Shown here one piece after another: positions 47,438 to 55,988 of a DNA stretch of 64,000 bases. Where the stretch lies: IMG/VR virus record IMGVR_UViG_3300036715_001290, positions 76,490-140,489 of that record, one strand, 5' to 3'. The translations under genes were made by a program, and so were the position numbers. This stretch comes from a virus. How positions within the stretch are numbered: position 1 is the first letter of the stretch; each line of letters starts with the position of its first letter. Under the pieces are notes generated by a model. It worked only from the letters and a program-made list of their open reading frames with translations. It made no database searches and was not told where the DNA came from.

Positions 47438-47802
47438 AACTCTATTGACATTTTGATTAAAATTGGTTATATTTATATTATAAAATTTAACAATCAATTG
47501 GATTAAAAATAGATAAAATTATTTATTAACTCTATTGACATTTGAATAAAAAATAGTTAAATTTGTATTATAAATTTTAATTGAGAATATGAAAAATAAA
47601 GAAGAATTAATTGAATTGGCAAACACACCTGTTAAAAAATTAACAGAAGATGAAGCTAAAAAATTGTTAGTTTATTTATATGATAAATTAAATGATTTAG
47701 GAGATGATGATTTTTTTGGTACTGAAGGTTGGAAACATTTTTTTGGATTAGAAAAATAAATTTTATAACTCTATTGACAATTAAATAAAAAATGGTTAAA
47801 TT
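47438..47802 (+). promoter_or_regulatory. Three tandem sigma70-type promoters (-35 at 47445, 47535, 47774)
   Basis: AACTCTATTGACA-N17-TA(T/A)ATTT. Confidence 0.8.
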
Positions 47803-47947
47803 TGTATTATAAATAATTGATAATGAAAACAAAATATTAAAATTTTACAAATATAAAAACGGCAGTCGGTAGGAAAGTCCATATTTAGTATGGTACGTAC
47901 CGTGAGTGATATGAGGATAGAAGGCGAGCCTCAATATTTGTATATAT

Positions 47948-48020
47948 GCATCCACATGAACCAAGGCTGGCGATCTGGTCTCCAAAACCGGATGGAAGAG
48001 TTCGATTCTCTTTGGGTGTG
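47948..48020 (+). tRNA. tRNA-Trp(CCA)
   Basis: CTGGT-CTCCAAA-ACCGG with G73. Confidence 0.8.
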
Positions 48021-48221
48021 CTAATGATTAGATATATGATTCTATAACTTTTTGAAAGATTGGAGGTTGGTCAAATATTTTAATTCATAATAAATCCGAC
48101 AGGTTGATTCCCTGTAGTTGTCTGCTCATAATCAGACTGACCGACTCAAGAAAGGTTATAGGATTAAGAATTAATAGATATATTTGAAAAGAATTTAAGT
48201 AGCTAAAATTATTTTTTATAT

Positions 48222-48296
48222 CGGTATGTGGGCCAATGGCTAGGCCACTCCGTTTGGGGCGGAGGCATCGTGTAGGTTCGAGTCCTATCATACCGA
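48222..48296 (+). tRNA. tRNA-Pro(TGG)
   Basis: CTCCG-TTTGGGG-CGGAG with C1:G72 and A73. Confidence 0.9.
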
Positions 48297-48510
48297 CAAC
48301 ATCACTGGTCAGATACATCTGAATAAAACGTGTAGGGACTATAAGCTATAAGTATGCATTGATGCTTATAAGAACAGCCTTGCTTTAGAGTTAAATGAAA
48401 TATGTTAACCCAGTGGCCGTTTAATATAACTCGGTAGCTTAATGTAAAGCTGCAGGTCGTCAAGAGCTGCGTTGTGAGGTCAAAACTTTCCCGGGTTGCT
48501 AAATTTATAT

Positions 48511-48576
48511 GCCGCGGTAGCTCAATGTAGAGCGCCAGTCGACTGGTGGTTGTGAGGTCAAAACTCACCTGCGGCG
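48511..48576 (+). ncRNA. tRNA-like RNA with a truncated anticodon arm
   Basis: Normal acceptor and D arms; the anticodon arm is reduced to CCAG-TCGA-CTGG. Confidence 0.55.
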
Positions 48577-48690
48577 CAAATTTTAATTGTATTAGTGGTA
48601 GAAGAATGCAAACTCAGCGCTTCTAACGTTGATGTCGACTTAAGAGTAAAGTTTCATGTACATTGATAATACAATTAATTATTTTTACAT

Positions 48691-48765
48691 TCATTGGTAG
48701 CTCAATGGTAGAGCGCCGCGCTGTTAACGCGGATGTTGGGGGTTCGAGTCCCTCCCTCTGAGCCA
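48691..48765 (+). tRNA. tRNA-Asn(GTT)
   Basis: CCGCG-CTGTTAA-CGCGG; ends in GCCA. Confidence 0.88.
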
Positions 48766-48768
48766 TAT

Positions 48769-48844
48769 TCCTGATTAGCAATCGTGGTGAATTGCGACAA
48801 GCTGTTAACTTGTATAGAGACTGGTTCGACTCCAGTATTAGGAG
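48769..48844 (+). tRNA. tRNA-Asn(GTT)
   Basis: ACAAG-CTGTTAA-CTTGT. Confidence 0.85.
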
Positions 48845-49008
48845 CAAAGTAAATATAAAGTGGGATCTTTTGAAGATTCATTATGATACTTAACAGGTTC
48901 GAATCCTGTCTATGAGGTTATGCCTCAGAGAGTGGCAAGCGGTGGAGAAATCGATGCTATTTATTTATATATGTATATAATCCGGTTTTGTATACATATA
49001 GATATTAT

Positions 49009-49081
49009 CTGCGTATGGGCCAATTGGCAGGCTACCTGATTTGGATTCAGGGGTGTGGGGGTTCAAGTCCCTCTATGCAGA
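49009..49081 (+). tRNA. tRNA-Pro(TGG)
   Basis: CCTGA-TTTGGAT-TCAGG. Confidence 0.85.
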
Positions 49082-49305
49082 CTAAGTTTCTATTCGGAGC
49101 AATGACAATAGTTTAACCCTATTGAGATTAAGTAGAAATCGTTCATTGTGAAGATATATTGATGTTAAGTACTCTGTTGCCGTATAATGAAATTTGCAAA
49201 AATCGTTATACAATAAAGAAAGTATACCGTTGAGGAGAACATATTAGTATACGCTTAACAAATTTATGTTAATAAACTACAAATTAACTAGAAATATTTT
49301 TTTAT

Positions 49306-49380
49306 GGGTTCGTAGCAAAAATGGACAAATGCAGCTGGCTTTTAACCAGTAAAGTCCGAGTTCGACTCTCGGCGGGCCCA
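49306..49380 (+). tRNA. tRNA-Lys(TTT)
   Basis: GCTGG-CTTTTAA-CCAGT. Confidence 0.88.
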
Positions 49381-49535
49381 CTGCGGTTTTTTGGTGTAGA
49401 TAAAAGGCATACCAACGCTTATGTTGGAGGCAAAATCGCTTTGTTTTGATAATTAATATGTAGCTCTGAAACTTCGGGAAATCCTGCGCGTAGGACATTG
49501 TCTTGAGTACCGAGTATTAGTTATTGTTTTTATAT

Positions 49536-49608
49536 TGGCATGTACGAATCATGGTGAAACGGAGTGGCTGTTACCCACTTGAGGAAAGTTCGATCCTTTC
49601 CATGCCAG
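49536..49608 (+). tRNA. tRNA-Asn(GTT)
   Basis: AGTGG-CTGTTAC-CCACT with G73. Confidence 0.78.
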
Positions 49609-49931
49609 CTTTGAAATTTGTATGTAGTTTAACGGCAGAATACGGGCGGGAAGCCTGAGACCTGAGTTCGAATCTCAGCATACTAATACTAGACCGAAGA
49701 ATGTATTATACCTTCAGAAAGTATAAATGCATTAAAGATTACTTTTCCTAACAGGCCTGAATAACCTGAGATGGTATGGATTATAAAGTTATGCCGGACA
49801 TTGCAGCGTCGGTAAATAATATAATTCATCCGGAGGTTACCGTACAAAGGTGAGTAATTTAATTAAATAAAGACCCTGAATCTTTATTTCAGTAGTAAGT
49901 TGCAACTTACCTTCGGTTTATGATTTTTAAT

Positions 49932-50017
49932 GGAAGATTGCTAGAGTGGTAATAGGCCAGTTTGCTAAACTGTGACGGCGGTGAAACGCTGCATCCGTTC
50001 AAATCGGATATCTTCCT
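49932..50017 (+). tRNA. tRNA-Ser(GCT)
   Basis: CAGT-TTGCTAA-ACTG with a long variable arm. Confidence 0.85.
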
Positions 50018-50042
50018 CAACTAATAATTTTATAAAAGACTA

Positions 50043-50727
50043 ATGAATACTATAAAATGTCAGATATGTAAATCGGATTATAGATTACTTTTTGATGATA
50101 GCATACAAGGTGACGATTGTGCATGCTTCTTTAATAAAGATATGATATATGGAGCTTTTGGTACATCACTATATGATTTTATGGAATTTAAAGTATTAGA
50201 TTATAAGATATTGAATAATTTAATAATCAATGCTCCTATATGTGATAATTGTATGACTTCATTATTAGAAAATAAACAAATTAAATGTACATATAAATTA
50301 TACTGATAGGATATTATATGTCAATGAGTGATTGCCCTGAATGTTGGGATAATATTTGTACATGTGGTCATAAATATCAACATATGGATGTTGATGAATT
50401 AAAAGATCTAATAAAAGTATTACAAAAAATTGTTAAAAATAAAACAAAAAAGATTCCTTGGAATCCATTATTAACTCAAGATATAAATGAAATTATTTCA
50501 AAAAATAAAAAAATTACTTGGGTATACTTTAAGGATAAAAACAAATGGTAAATCTTTCAGATTATGAATGGAATTATGAATGTCCAATTTGTAATTCAAA
50601 ATTCAGGCCATGTAAATGTGGTATGATGAAACCTGAAAAGGTTGATGAAGAAATACAAAAGTTTGCAGATGAATTAAAGAAACTTATAATAGATTCAAAA
50701 TTTGAATGTTATCATAAATTAAAATGA
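50043..50727 (+). CDS. Three small Cys-rich hypothetical ORFs (50043-50306, 50318-50551, 50545-50727)
   Basis: Each contains CxxC motifs. Confidence 0.6.
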
Positions 50728-50732
50728 AATTT

Positions 50733-50805
50733 GGGAAGTGAACTAGTGTGGTCATAGTGGTCGCCTGAAGAGCGAAGAAAATCAGTTCGATTCTGGTACT
50801 TCCCA
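50733..50805 (+). tRNA. tRNA-Phe(GAA)
   Basis: TCGC-CTGAAGA-GCGA. Confidence 0.82.
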
Positions 50806-50810
50806 CAAAC

Positions 50811-50883
50811 GCATCGGTAGCTCAATGGTTAGAGTGCCGCACTCCTAAGGCGGGAGATATGAGTTCGACTCTCATTCGGTGTT
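50811..50883 (+). tRNA. tRNA-Arg(CCT)
   Basis: CCGC-A-CTCCTAA-G-GCGG. Confidence 0.82.
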
Positions 50884-50890
50884 CAAATAT

Positions 50891-50964
50891 GGGCCCATAG
50901 CAAAATGGTCAAATGCAGCTCCCTCTTAAGGAGTATGGTGATGGTTCGACTCCATCTGGGCTCA
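50891..50964 (+). tRNA. tRNA-Lys(CTT)
   Basis: GCTCC-CTCTTAA-GGAGT. Confidence 0.85.
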
Positions 50965-50981
50965 CAAATAAAAGGTTATTT

Positions 50982-51606
50982 ATGGAAAATGCAGAATTGG
51001 TTTACATTCCACAAAAAGTTTGGAATATAAAAAACAATAAAGTTTATGAAATTATAAATGAATTTGTTATTAATGCTACAAATTGTAGTACTAATCAAAT
51101 TATGGTTTTATATAAAGATTCTGATAATAATCTTTTTGTTCGTGAAGTAAATGAATTTAAAGAAAAATTTGTATGGATGTTAACAAAATAAAAATTAAGT
51201 CATTAAAGAAAAGAATTGAAACAGGTCCTGTACAATTTAACGATGATTGGCCTGGGATTTTTATTAGAGGTGATGAATGTTTTGCATATTACTTAGCATT
51301 ACGTGAAGTACTTAAAGCTGACATTGATATGATTACAAAATCTGAAGTTGTATGTTTAATGAATTTATTAGATAGTTCAAGAGTAAGATAATGGAAAATG
51401 GTTTATATATTGACCAAGATGAAGCAATGCTTCTTTTAGAACTTATAAGTTGTATGTATAGTCCAAGTTATGGTTTTGTTTATGATCCTGAATTTCCAGA
51501 TGATGGTGATGAGGATGTTAATAAACAAGTACTTGATAATTTTATTAAAAAATTACAAACAATAAGACAAAATTATTTAGCATTGAATAATGAAAATCAA
51601 AGTTGA
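50982..51606 (+). CDS. Small hypothetical ORFs (50982-51191 DUF1653-like; 51173-51391; 51391-51606)
   Basis: Coupled ORFs; the first has MVLY....LFVRE..EF.EKF. Confidence 0.6.
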
Positions 51607-51782
51607 AAAATATAGTATGATTGATAAATGGATTACTGTTCAAATAGGTAATGAATTATTAATTAAAATTGATTATGACTGCGTAGATCATAAATCTGTT
51701 AGAAAAGAATTGAAAGAATTAATTTCTATATTAAAGAATGATGAAAAGTCAAAATTGAATAAATGATATATTTATATTAAAT

Positions 51783-51855
51783 GCCCTTATAGTTCAATGG
51801 ATAAGAATACATCCCTGCGAAGGATGTGATTACAGTTCGAATCTGTATTTGGGTA
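51783..51855 (+). tRNA. tRNA-Arg(GCG)
   Basis: CATCC-CTGCGAA-GGATG. Confidence 0.8.
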
Positions 51856-51861
51856 CAAAAT

Positions 51862-51948
51862 GCTGATATGGTTGTAATGGTAAACACGACGTACTCAAAA
51901 TGCGTTGGATGAATGTCCGTGAGAGTTCGAGTCTCTCTATCAGTACCA
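51862..51948 (+). tRNA. tRNA-Leu(CAA)
   Basis: ACGTA-CTCAAAA-TGCGT; ends in ACCA. Confidence 0.88.
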
Positions 51949-51953
51949 AACAT

Positions 51954-52033
51954 GCTCACATAGTCGAGATCGTCTTCGAAACGATTAATCGTAATTGGAA
52001 CTGAAATTGTATGTTCGAGTCATACTGTGAGTA
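51954..52033 (+). tRNA. Non-canonical tRNA(TCG), Arg, with a displaced D-loop
   Basis: ATCGT-CTTCGAA-ACGAT; see findings. Confidence 0.65.
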
Positions 52034-52038
52034 CAAAT

Positions 52039-52118
52039 GCCGTGGTAGTCGAAGCTGTCTTCTAAACAGCTAATCGTAATAGGAACTGAAAATAAGGGTT
52101 CGATTCCCTTCCACGGTT
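52039..52118 (+). tRNA. Non-canonical tRNA(TCT), Arg, with a displaced D-loop
   Basis: GCTGT-CTTCTAA-ACAGC; see findings. Confidence 0.65.
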
Positions 52119-52129
52119 CTAATATTTTT

Positions 52130-52153
52130 TAAGCTGACAATGTCAGCTTTCTT
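52130..52153 (+). terminator. Terminator-like hairpin ending the tRNA block
   Basis: AAGCTGACA-A-TGTCAGCTT followed by TCTT. Confidence 0.55.
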
Positions 52154-52172
52154 AGCAATAAAGGTTATTAAA

Positions 52173-53195
52173 ATGTCAACATTATTATCAAGAGATGAAT
52201 TTAGAAAATCCGTTTTAGAACGTGATAATTATAAGTGCGTCATATGTGGAGAAAGTAATAATCCAGTTGCTCATCATATTTTAGAACGTAGGTTATTTAA
52301 TGACGGTGGATATTATTTAGATAATGGTGCAACTGTTTGTAACAATTGTCATTTCTTAGCAGAGTCAACAACAATTTCAGTTGAAACTCTTAGAGAAAAA
52401 ATAAAAGCAAATGAAAATATTTTACCTGAACATTTTTATTCCGATTTAGTTTATGATAAGTGGGGTAATATTATATTACCAAATGGAACTAGATTAAAGG
52501 GTGAGTTATTTTTTGATGAAAGTGTACAAAAGATAATTAAAATATATCTTAATATGTTTGTTAAGTATGTTAAATATCCTAGAACATATCATACACCTTG
52601 GTCATTAGGAATGCACGATGATGATAGAATGATTGATAGTATGGATAACTTTATAGGTAAGGATGTTGTAGTATCTATTAAAATGGATGGTGAAAATACT
52701 ACAATGTATAATGATAATATTCATGCTAGGTCAATTGATTCAAATAATCATGAATCTAGAAATTGGGTAAAGAATTTTTGGAATACTATATCATATGAAA
52801 TTCCTGATAATTGGAGAATATGTGGTGAAAATCTATTTGCTAAACATTCTACTGTTTATAATGATTTACCATCATATTTTTTAGGATTTTCTATTTGGAA
52901 TGAAAAAAATATATGTTTATCTTGGGATGATACTATTACTTATTTTGATTTATTAAATATAAAATCAGTACCGGTATTATATAAAGGAATTTATGATGAA
53001 GATTTAATTAAATCTTTATGGGATAAATCTAAATATGATACAACTGAAGGATATGTAATTAGATTATCTGATTCTTTTTCTTATGGTGATTTTAGAAAAA
53101 GTGTAGCTAAATTTGTTAGACCTAATCACGTACAAACTGCTAAGCATTGGTTTGAAGGTCAACGTATGGAATGTAATAAATTAAAACTAAGTTGA
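52173..53195 (+). CDS. HNH endonuclease-like domain fused to an ATP-dependent RNA ligase (Rnl2-type family)
   Basis: N-terminal RDNYKCVICG...AHHI...NG..VC..CH; C-terminal KYPRT.H.PWS, KMDGEN, GEN, EGYVIR and KFVR. Confidence 0.85.
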   Translation: MSTLLSRDEFRKSVLERDNYKCVICGESNNPVAHHILERRLFNDGGYYLDNGATVCNNCHFLAESTTISVETLREKIKANENILPEHFYSDLVYDKWGNIILPNGTRLKGELFFDESVQKIIKIYLNMFVKYVKYPRTYHTPWSLGMHDDDRMIDSMDNFIGKDVVVSIKMDGENTTMYNDNIHARSIDSNNHESRNWVKNFWNTISYEIPDNWRICGENLFAKHSTVYNDLPSYFLGFSIWNEKNICLSWDDTITYFDLLNIKSVPVLYKGIYDEDLIKSLWDKSKYDTTEGYVIRLSDSFSYGDFRKSVAKFVRPNHVQTAKHWFEGQRMECNKLKLS

Positions 53196-53225
53196 CATTT
53201 GGTAAAATAATGGTTATATTTATAT

Positions 53226-53869
53226 ATGAAAAATAATAAACAAAATAAATCTAAAATGGATGATTTATATATGACGGTTGGTAAATTAAAGAAAATCTTA
53301 AATGATTATCCAGATGATGCCAAAGTTTTATATGAAAGAATCGAAGATAAATATTTTACAGATAATGGTTGGGTATCTGAAAAGAAACCTGATAATACAT
53401 TTGAAGATAGTCCAGATACTGAGTTTATTAAAGTTTTTGGTAGGTTTATTTATCCTGATGATAAAAATTTATATTTAACAGGACATTATTGATATGGAAG
53501 ATTATAAACCAGAATATTCACAACAACATTTGATTAAAATGCAAGCATATGCGGATTATCTAAAGTCATTAGGTTTACGTGTTAAGAGTATTAAAATTGG
53601 TAATGTTATACATGATGTAACCAAATCTGGAAAAGTATTAAAATGTCCTAATTTTTGGAAAAATAAAAATCATGATTAGAAAACCATTAGCAAGTTTATA
53701 TTTATTTCAGATGTTTATAATGTCATATGCATCAACTGAAATATATTTTTTAGCATATAACAATATAAAGTTAATGCTTCCATTTTATTTTTTACTTACA
53801 ATGGATATTATATTCTTTGTAGTATTTATTTATGCAATATTAAAATCGAAATTATTAGTTTATGAATAG
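53226..53869 (+). CDS. Three small hypothetical ORFs (53226-53492, 53494-53679, 53672-53869 membrane)
   Basis: Operon downstream of the TTGACA-N17-TATATT promoter at 53192. Confidence 0.55.
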
Positions 53870-54251
53870 TAAAGTTTCATTTGATTTTGATGCAACCTTG
53901 TCACGTAAAGGTGTACAAAAGTTTGCAAAGAAATTGAAAAATTTGGGATGTGAATTGTTTATAGTTACATCTCGTTATGAAGACCCAAGCAGGTATGATT
54001 TTCCAACTGATCATAAAGATTTGTTTAGGGTTGCTGCTAAGTTAGGTATAGATAAAGATCATATGGTTTTTACTAACTTTCAACATAAATATAAATTCTT
54101 AATGGAATTAGGTGTGTTTTGTCATGTCGATGATGATATATATGAATTACTTTTATTATCAAATATGACAGTAAAAGGATATGATGTAAATGACCCATAT
54201 TATACAACACAACTTTTAATGGATTTAAGAGAATTGCATGAAAACCAATAA
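53862..54251 (+). CDS. HAD-superfamily phosphatase-like protein
   Basis: SFDFDATL, IVTSR, K and HVDD. Confidence 0.75.
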   Translation: MNSKVSFDFDATLSRKGVQKFAKKLKNLGCELFIVTSRYEDPSRYDFPTDHKDLFRVAAKLGIDKDHMVFTNFQHKYKFLMELGVFCHVDDDIYELLLLSNMTVKGYDVNDPYYTTQLLMDLRELHENQ

Positions 54252-55011
54252 AGTTATAACTATTAAAGATAAAAATAAATACAATAAAAGTATGTCAATG
54301 TCTTTAATGGATAAAATGTTCTTTATTGATAAAATTGATGTTAATACAATTTTAGATTATGGTTGTGCCAATGGTGAATTAATCAAAATGATGTCATCCA
54401 TATTTCCTGATATTAGATATGTTGGATATGATATTGACCCAGAGATGATTAAGTTAGCAAAGGAAAATGTTAAAAATAAAAAATGTATTTTTACATCTGA
54501 ACCTAATCTTGATTTATCAATATTTTCAAAAAGTGCAATAATATTATCATCAGTAATACATGAAGTATATAGTTACAGTTTAGATGATGTAGATAAATTT
54601 TGGAATAAAATATTTAATATTAGTCCAACATATATTATAATTCGTGATATGTGTGTATCGAATAGTTGTAGTAGATTATCAGATCCTACATCAGTAATGA
54701 GAGTTAGACAATTATTTGATTCTGATAAGATATCTAAATGGGAAGCAAAATGGGGAGGACTTGATGAAAATTGGAGTTTTACTCATTTTCTTTTAACATA
54801 TAGATATATTGAAAATTGGGAACGAGAAATGAATGAAAATTATTTACCTATAAGTAAAGAATCTTTAATTAAAAAGTTTCCTGATAAATATTATCCTCAT
54901 TTTATTAATCATTATACTTTACCATTTTTAAGAAGTGAAGTTGAAAAAGATTTTGGGATCGATTTACAAGAAAGAACACATATTCAATTAATTATGAAAT
55001 TAAAAAAATGA
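54238..55011 (+). CDS. Class I SAM-dependent methyltransferase
   Basis: LDYGCANG, GYDID and SSVIHEVYSY. Confidence 0.82.
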   Translation: MKTNKVITIKDKNKYNKSMSMSLMDKMFFIDKIDVNTILDYGCANGELIKMMSSIFPDIRYVGYDIDPEMIKLAKENVKNKKCIFTSEPNLDLSIFSKSAIILSSVIHEVYSYSLDDVDKFWNKIFNISPTYIIIRDMCVSNSCSRLSDPTSVMRVRQLFDSDKISKWEAKWGGLDENWSFTHFLLTYRYIENWEREMNENYLPISKESLIKKFPDKYYPHFINHYTLPFLRSEVEKDFGIDLQERTHIQLIMKLKK

Positions 55012-55123
55012 ACATTAGTAAAAAATATCAAAAAGCAGCCGATATAACATTAGGTATATTAACAGCATTAGTAATAATTTGTGCAATATTTTTTGTTGGT
55101 GTTTTATTTAACAAGTTACATTT

Positions 55124-55195
55124 GGCCTTGTAGTTTAACCGGAAAAATAGCGGATTCGTATCCCGCAGTTCCCAAGTCGGTTTTGGGTGAGGCCT
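55124..55195 (+). tRNA. Degenerate tRNA (CGT, Thr-like)
   Basis: Acceptor GGCCTTG/TGAGGCC, loop TTCGTAT and an atypical T-loop. Confidence 0.45.
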
Positions 55196-55230
55196 CAACT
55201 TTTGAAAATTCGTTATATTTATAACAACAC

Positions 55231-55587
55231 GGGGATGAACTAGATTCGACTGTGATAGATTGTTATATGAGTGCAAGTAGATGTTATAAGTAAGCATTTT
55301 TAAAAAATACCTAAAACAATAAGTGCAGAAAACACTTACCTTTTAGCTGCTTAATCGTAGCTAAACATTTATTCTCCCATTGTCGAGTAATAGAATAAAT
55401 GATGCAAATCGACTAAATTATGTTGACAGTAATAAGATACTAATTATCTCAGAACTGTATGAAGAATTGATATGTAATTTCATAAAGAAACATTCCGTTT
55501 TGTTTAGTTATCGTAAAACTTTACTAAACTTGTGAAAGACTTATATTTAGTAGATTGCAACACTGGGGGCAGTACCCCACATCTCCA
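55231..55587 (+). ncRNA. ssrA: tmRNA, tag (A)AENTYLLAA*
   Basis: 5' GGGGATG...GATTCGAC and 3' GGGGGCAGTACCCCACATCTCCA with G3:U70; resume codon after ATAAGT: GCA GAA AAC ACT TAC CTT TTA GCT GCT TAA. Confidence 0.92.
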
Positions 55588-55686
55588 CTAAAATACTTTA
55601 GATAAATTACATATTTTATTTATTTCTAAATAATTATAATTAGATACAAACTCTAATACATACACTTAAATCTACGGAGTAAGCCT

Positions 55687-55935
55687 ATGGGAATAATTAA
55701 ATTTATAAAATATTGGATTTATATAAGATCCTCAATGTCAATAATCAAAGACAAATCAGAGTCTACAAAAAGACTTATTACCTATGTTACAAATCATGGT
55801 GAAAAATCCGTACAAACTCAATTAAGAATTACATATTGGAAAGGTAGATTGGATGGTCTAAATTTTGCATATGATACATTATCTCAAATTGATAGCTATG
55901 ATATTAGTGCCGAACAAATAAAAAATCTCAATTGA
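55687..55935 (+). CDS. Hypothetical protein
   Basis: 82-aa ORF. Confidence 0.5.
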   Translation: MGIIKFIKYWIYIRSSMSIIKDKSESTKRLITYVTNHGEKSVQTQLRITYWKGRLDGLNFAYDTLSQIDSYDISAEQIKNLN

Positions 55936-55988
55936 CATTCCAACAAAAAATAGTTATATTTATATTATAAAAACAAAATAATTAGGTT

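Noticed and set aside
32041-47802. Recurrent AACTCTATTGACA as a CRISPR repeat or att site
   Set aside because: Spacing is irregular and each copy has a -10 box exactly 17 nt downstream, so these are promoters. No CRISPR array was seen in the window.
47870-47932. AGGAAAGTCC...ATAGAAGGCGAGCCT as an RNase P RNA
   Set aside because: The two motifs cannot form P4, and P2, P3 and P15 are missing. The element at 42891-43100 fits far better.
32962-55297. ORF-track entries overlapping RNA genes (e.g. 32962-33429, 38688-39069, 41806-42066, 42678-42947, 48085-48847, 49277-49498, 51777-51959, 55028-55297)
   Set aside because: They are antisense or overlapping shadows of tRNA/tmRNA genes with no protein-like features.
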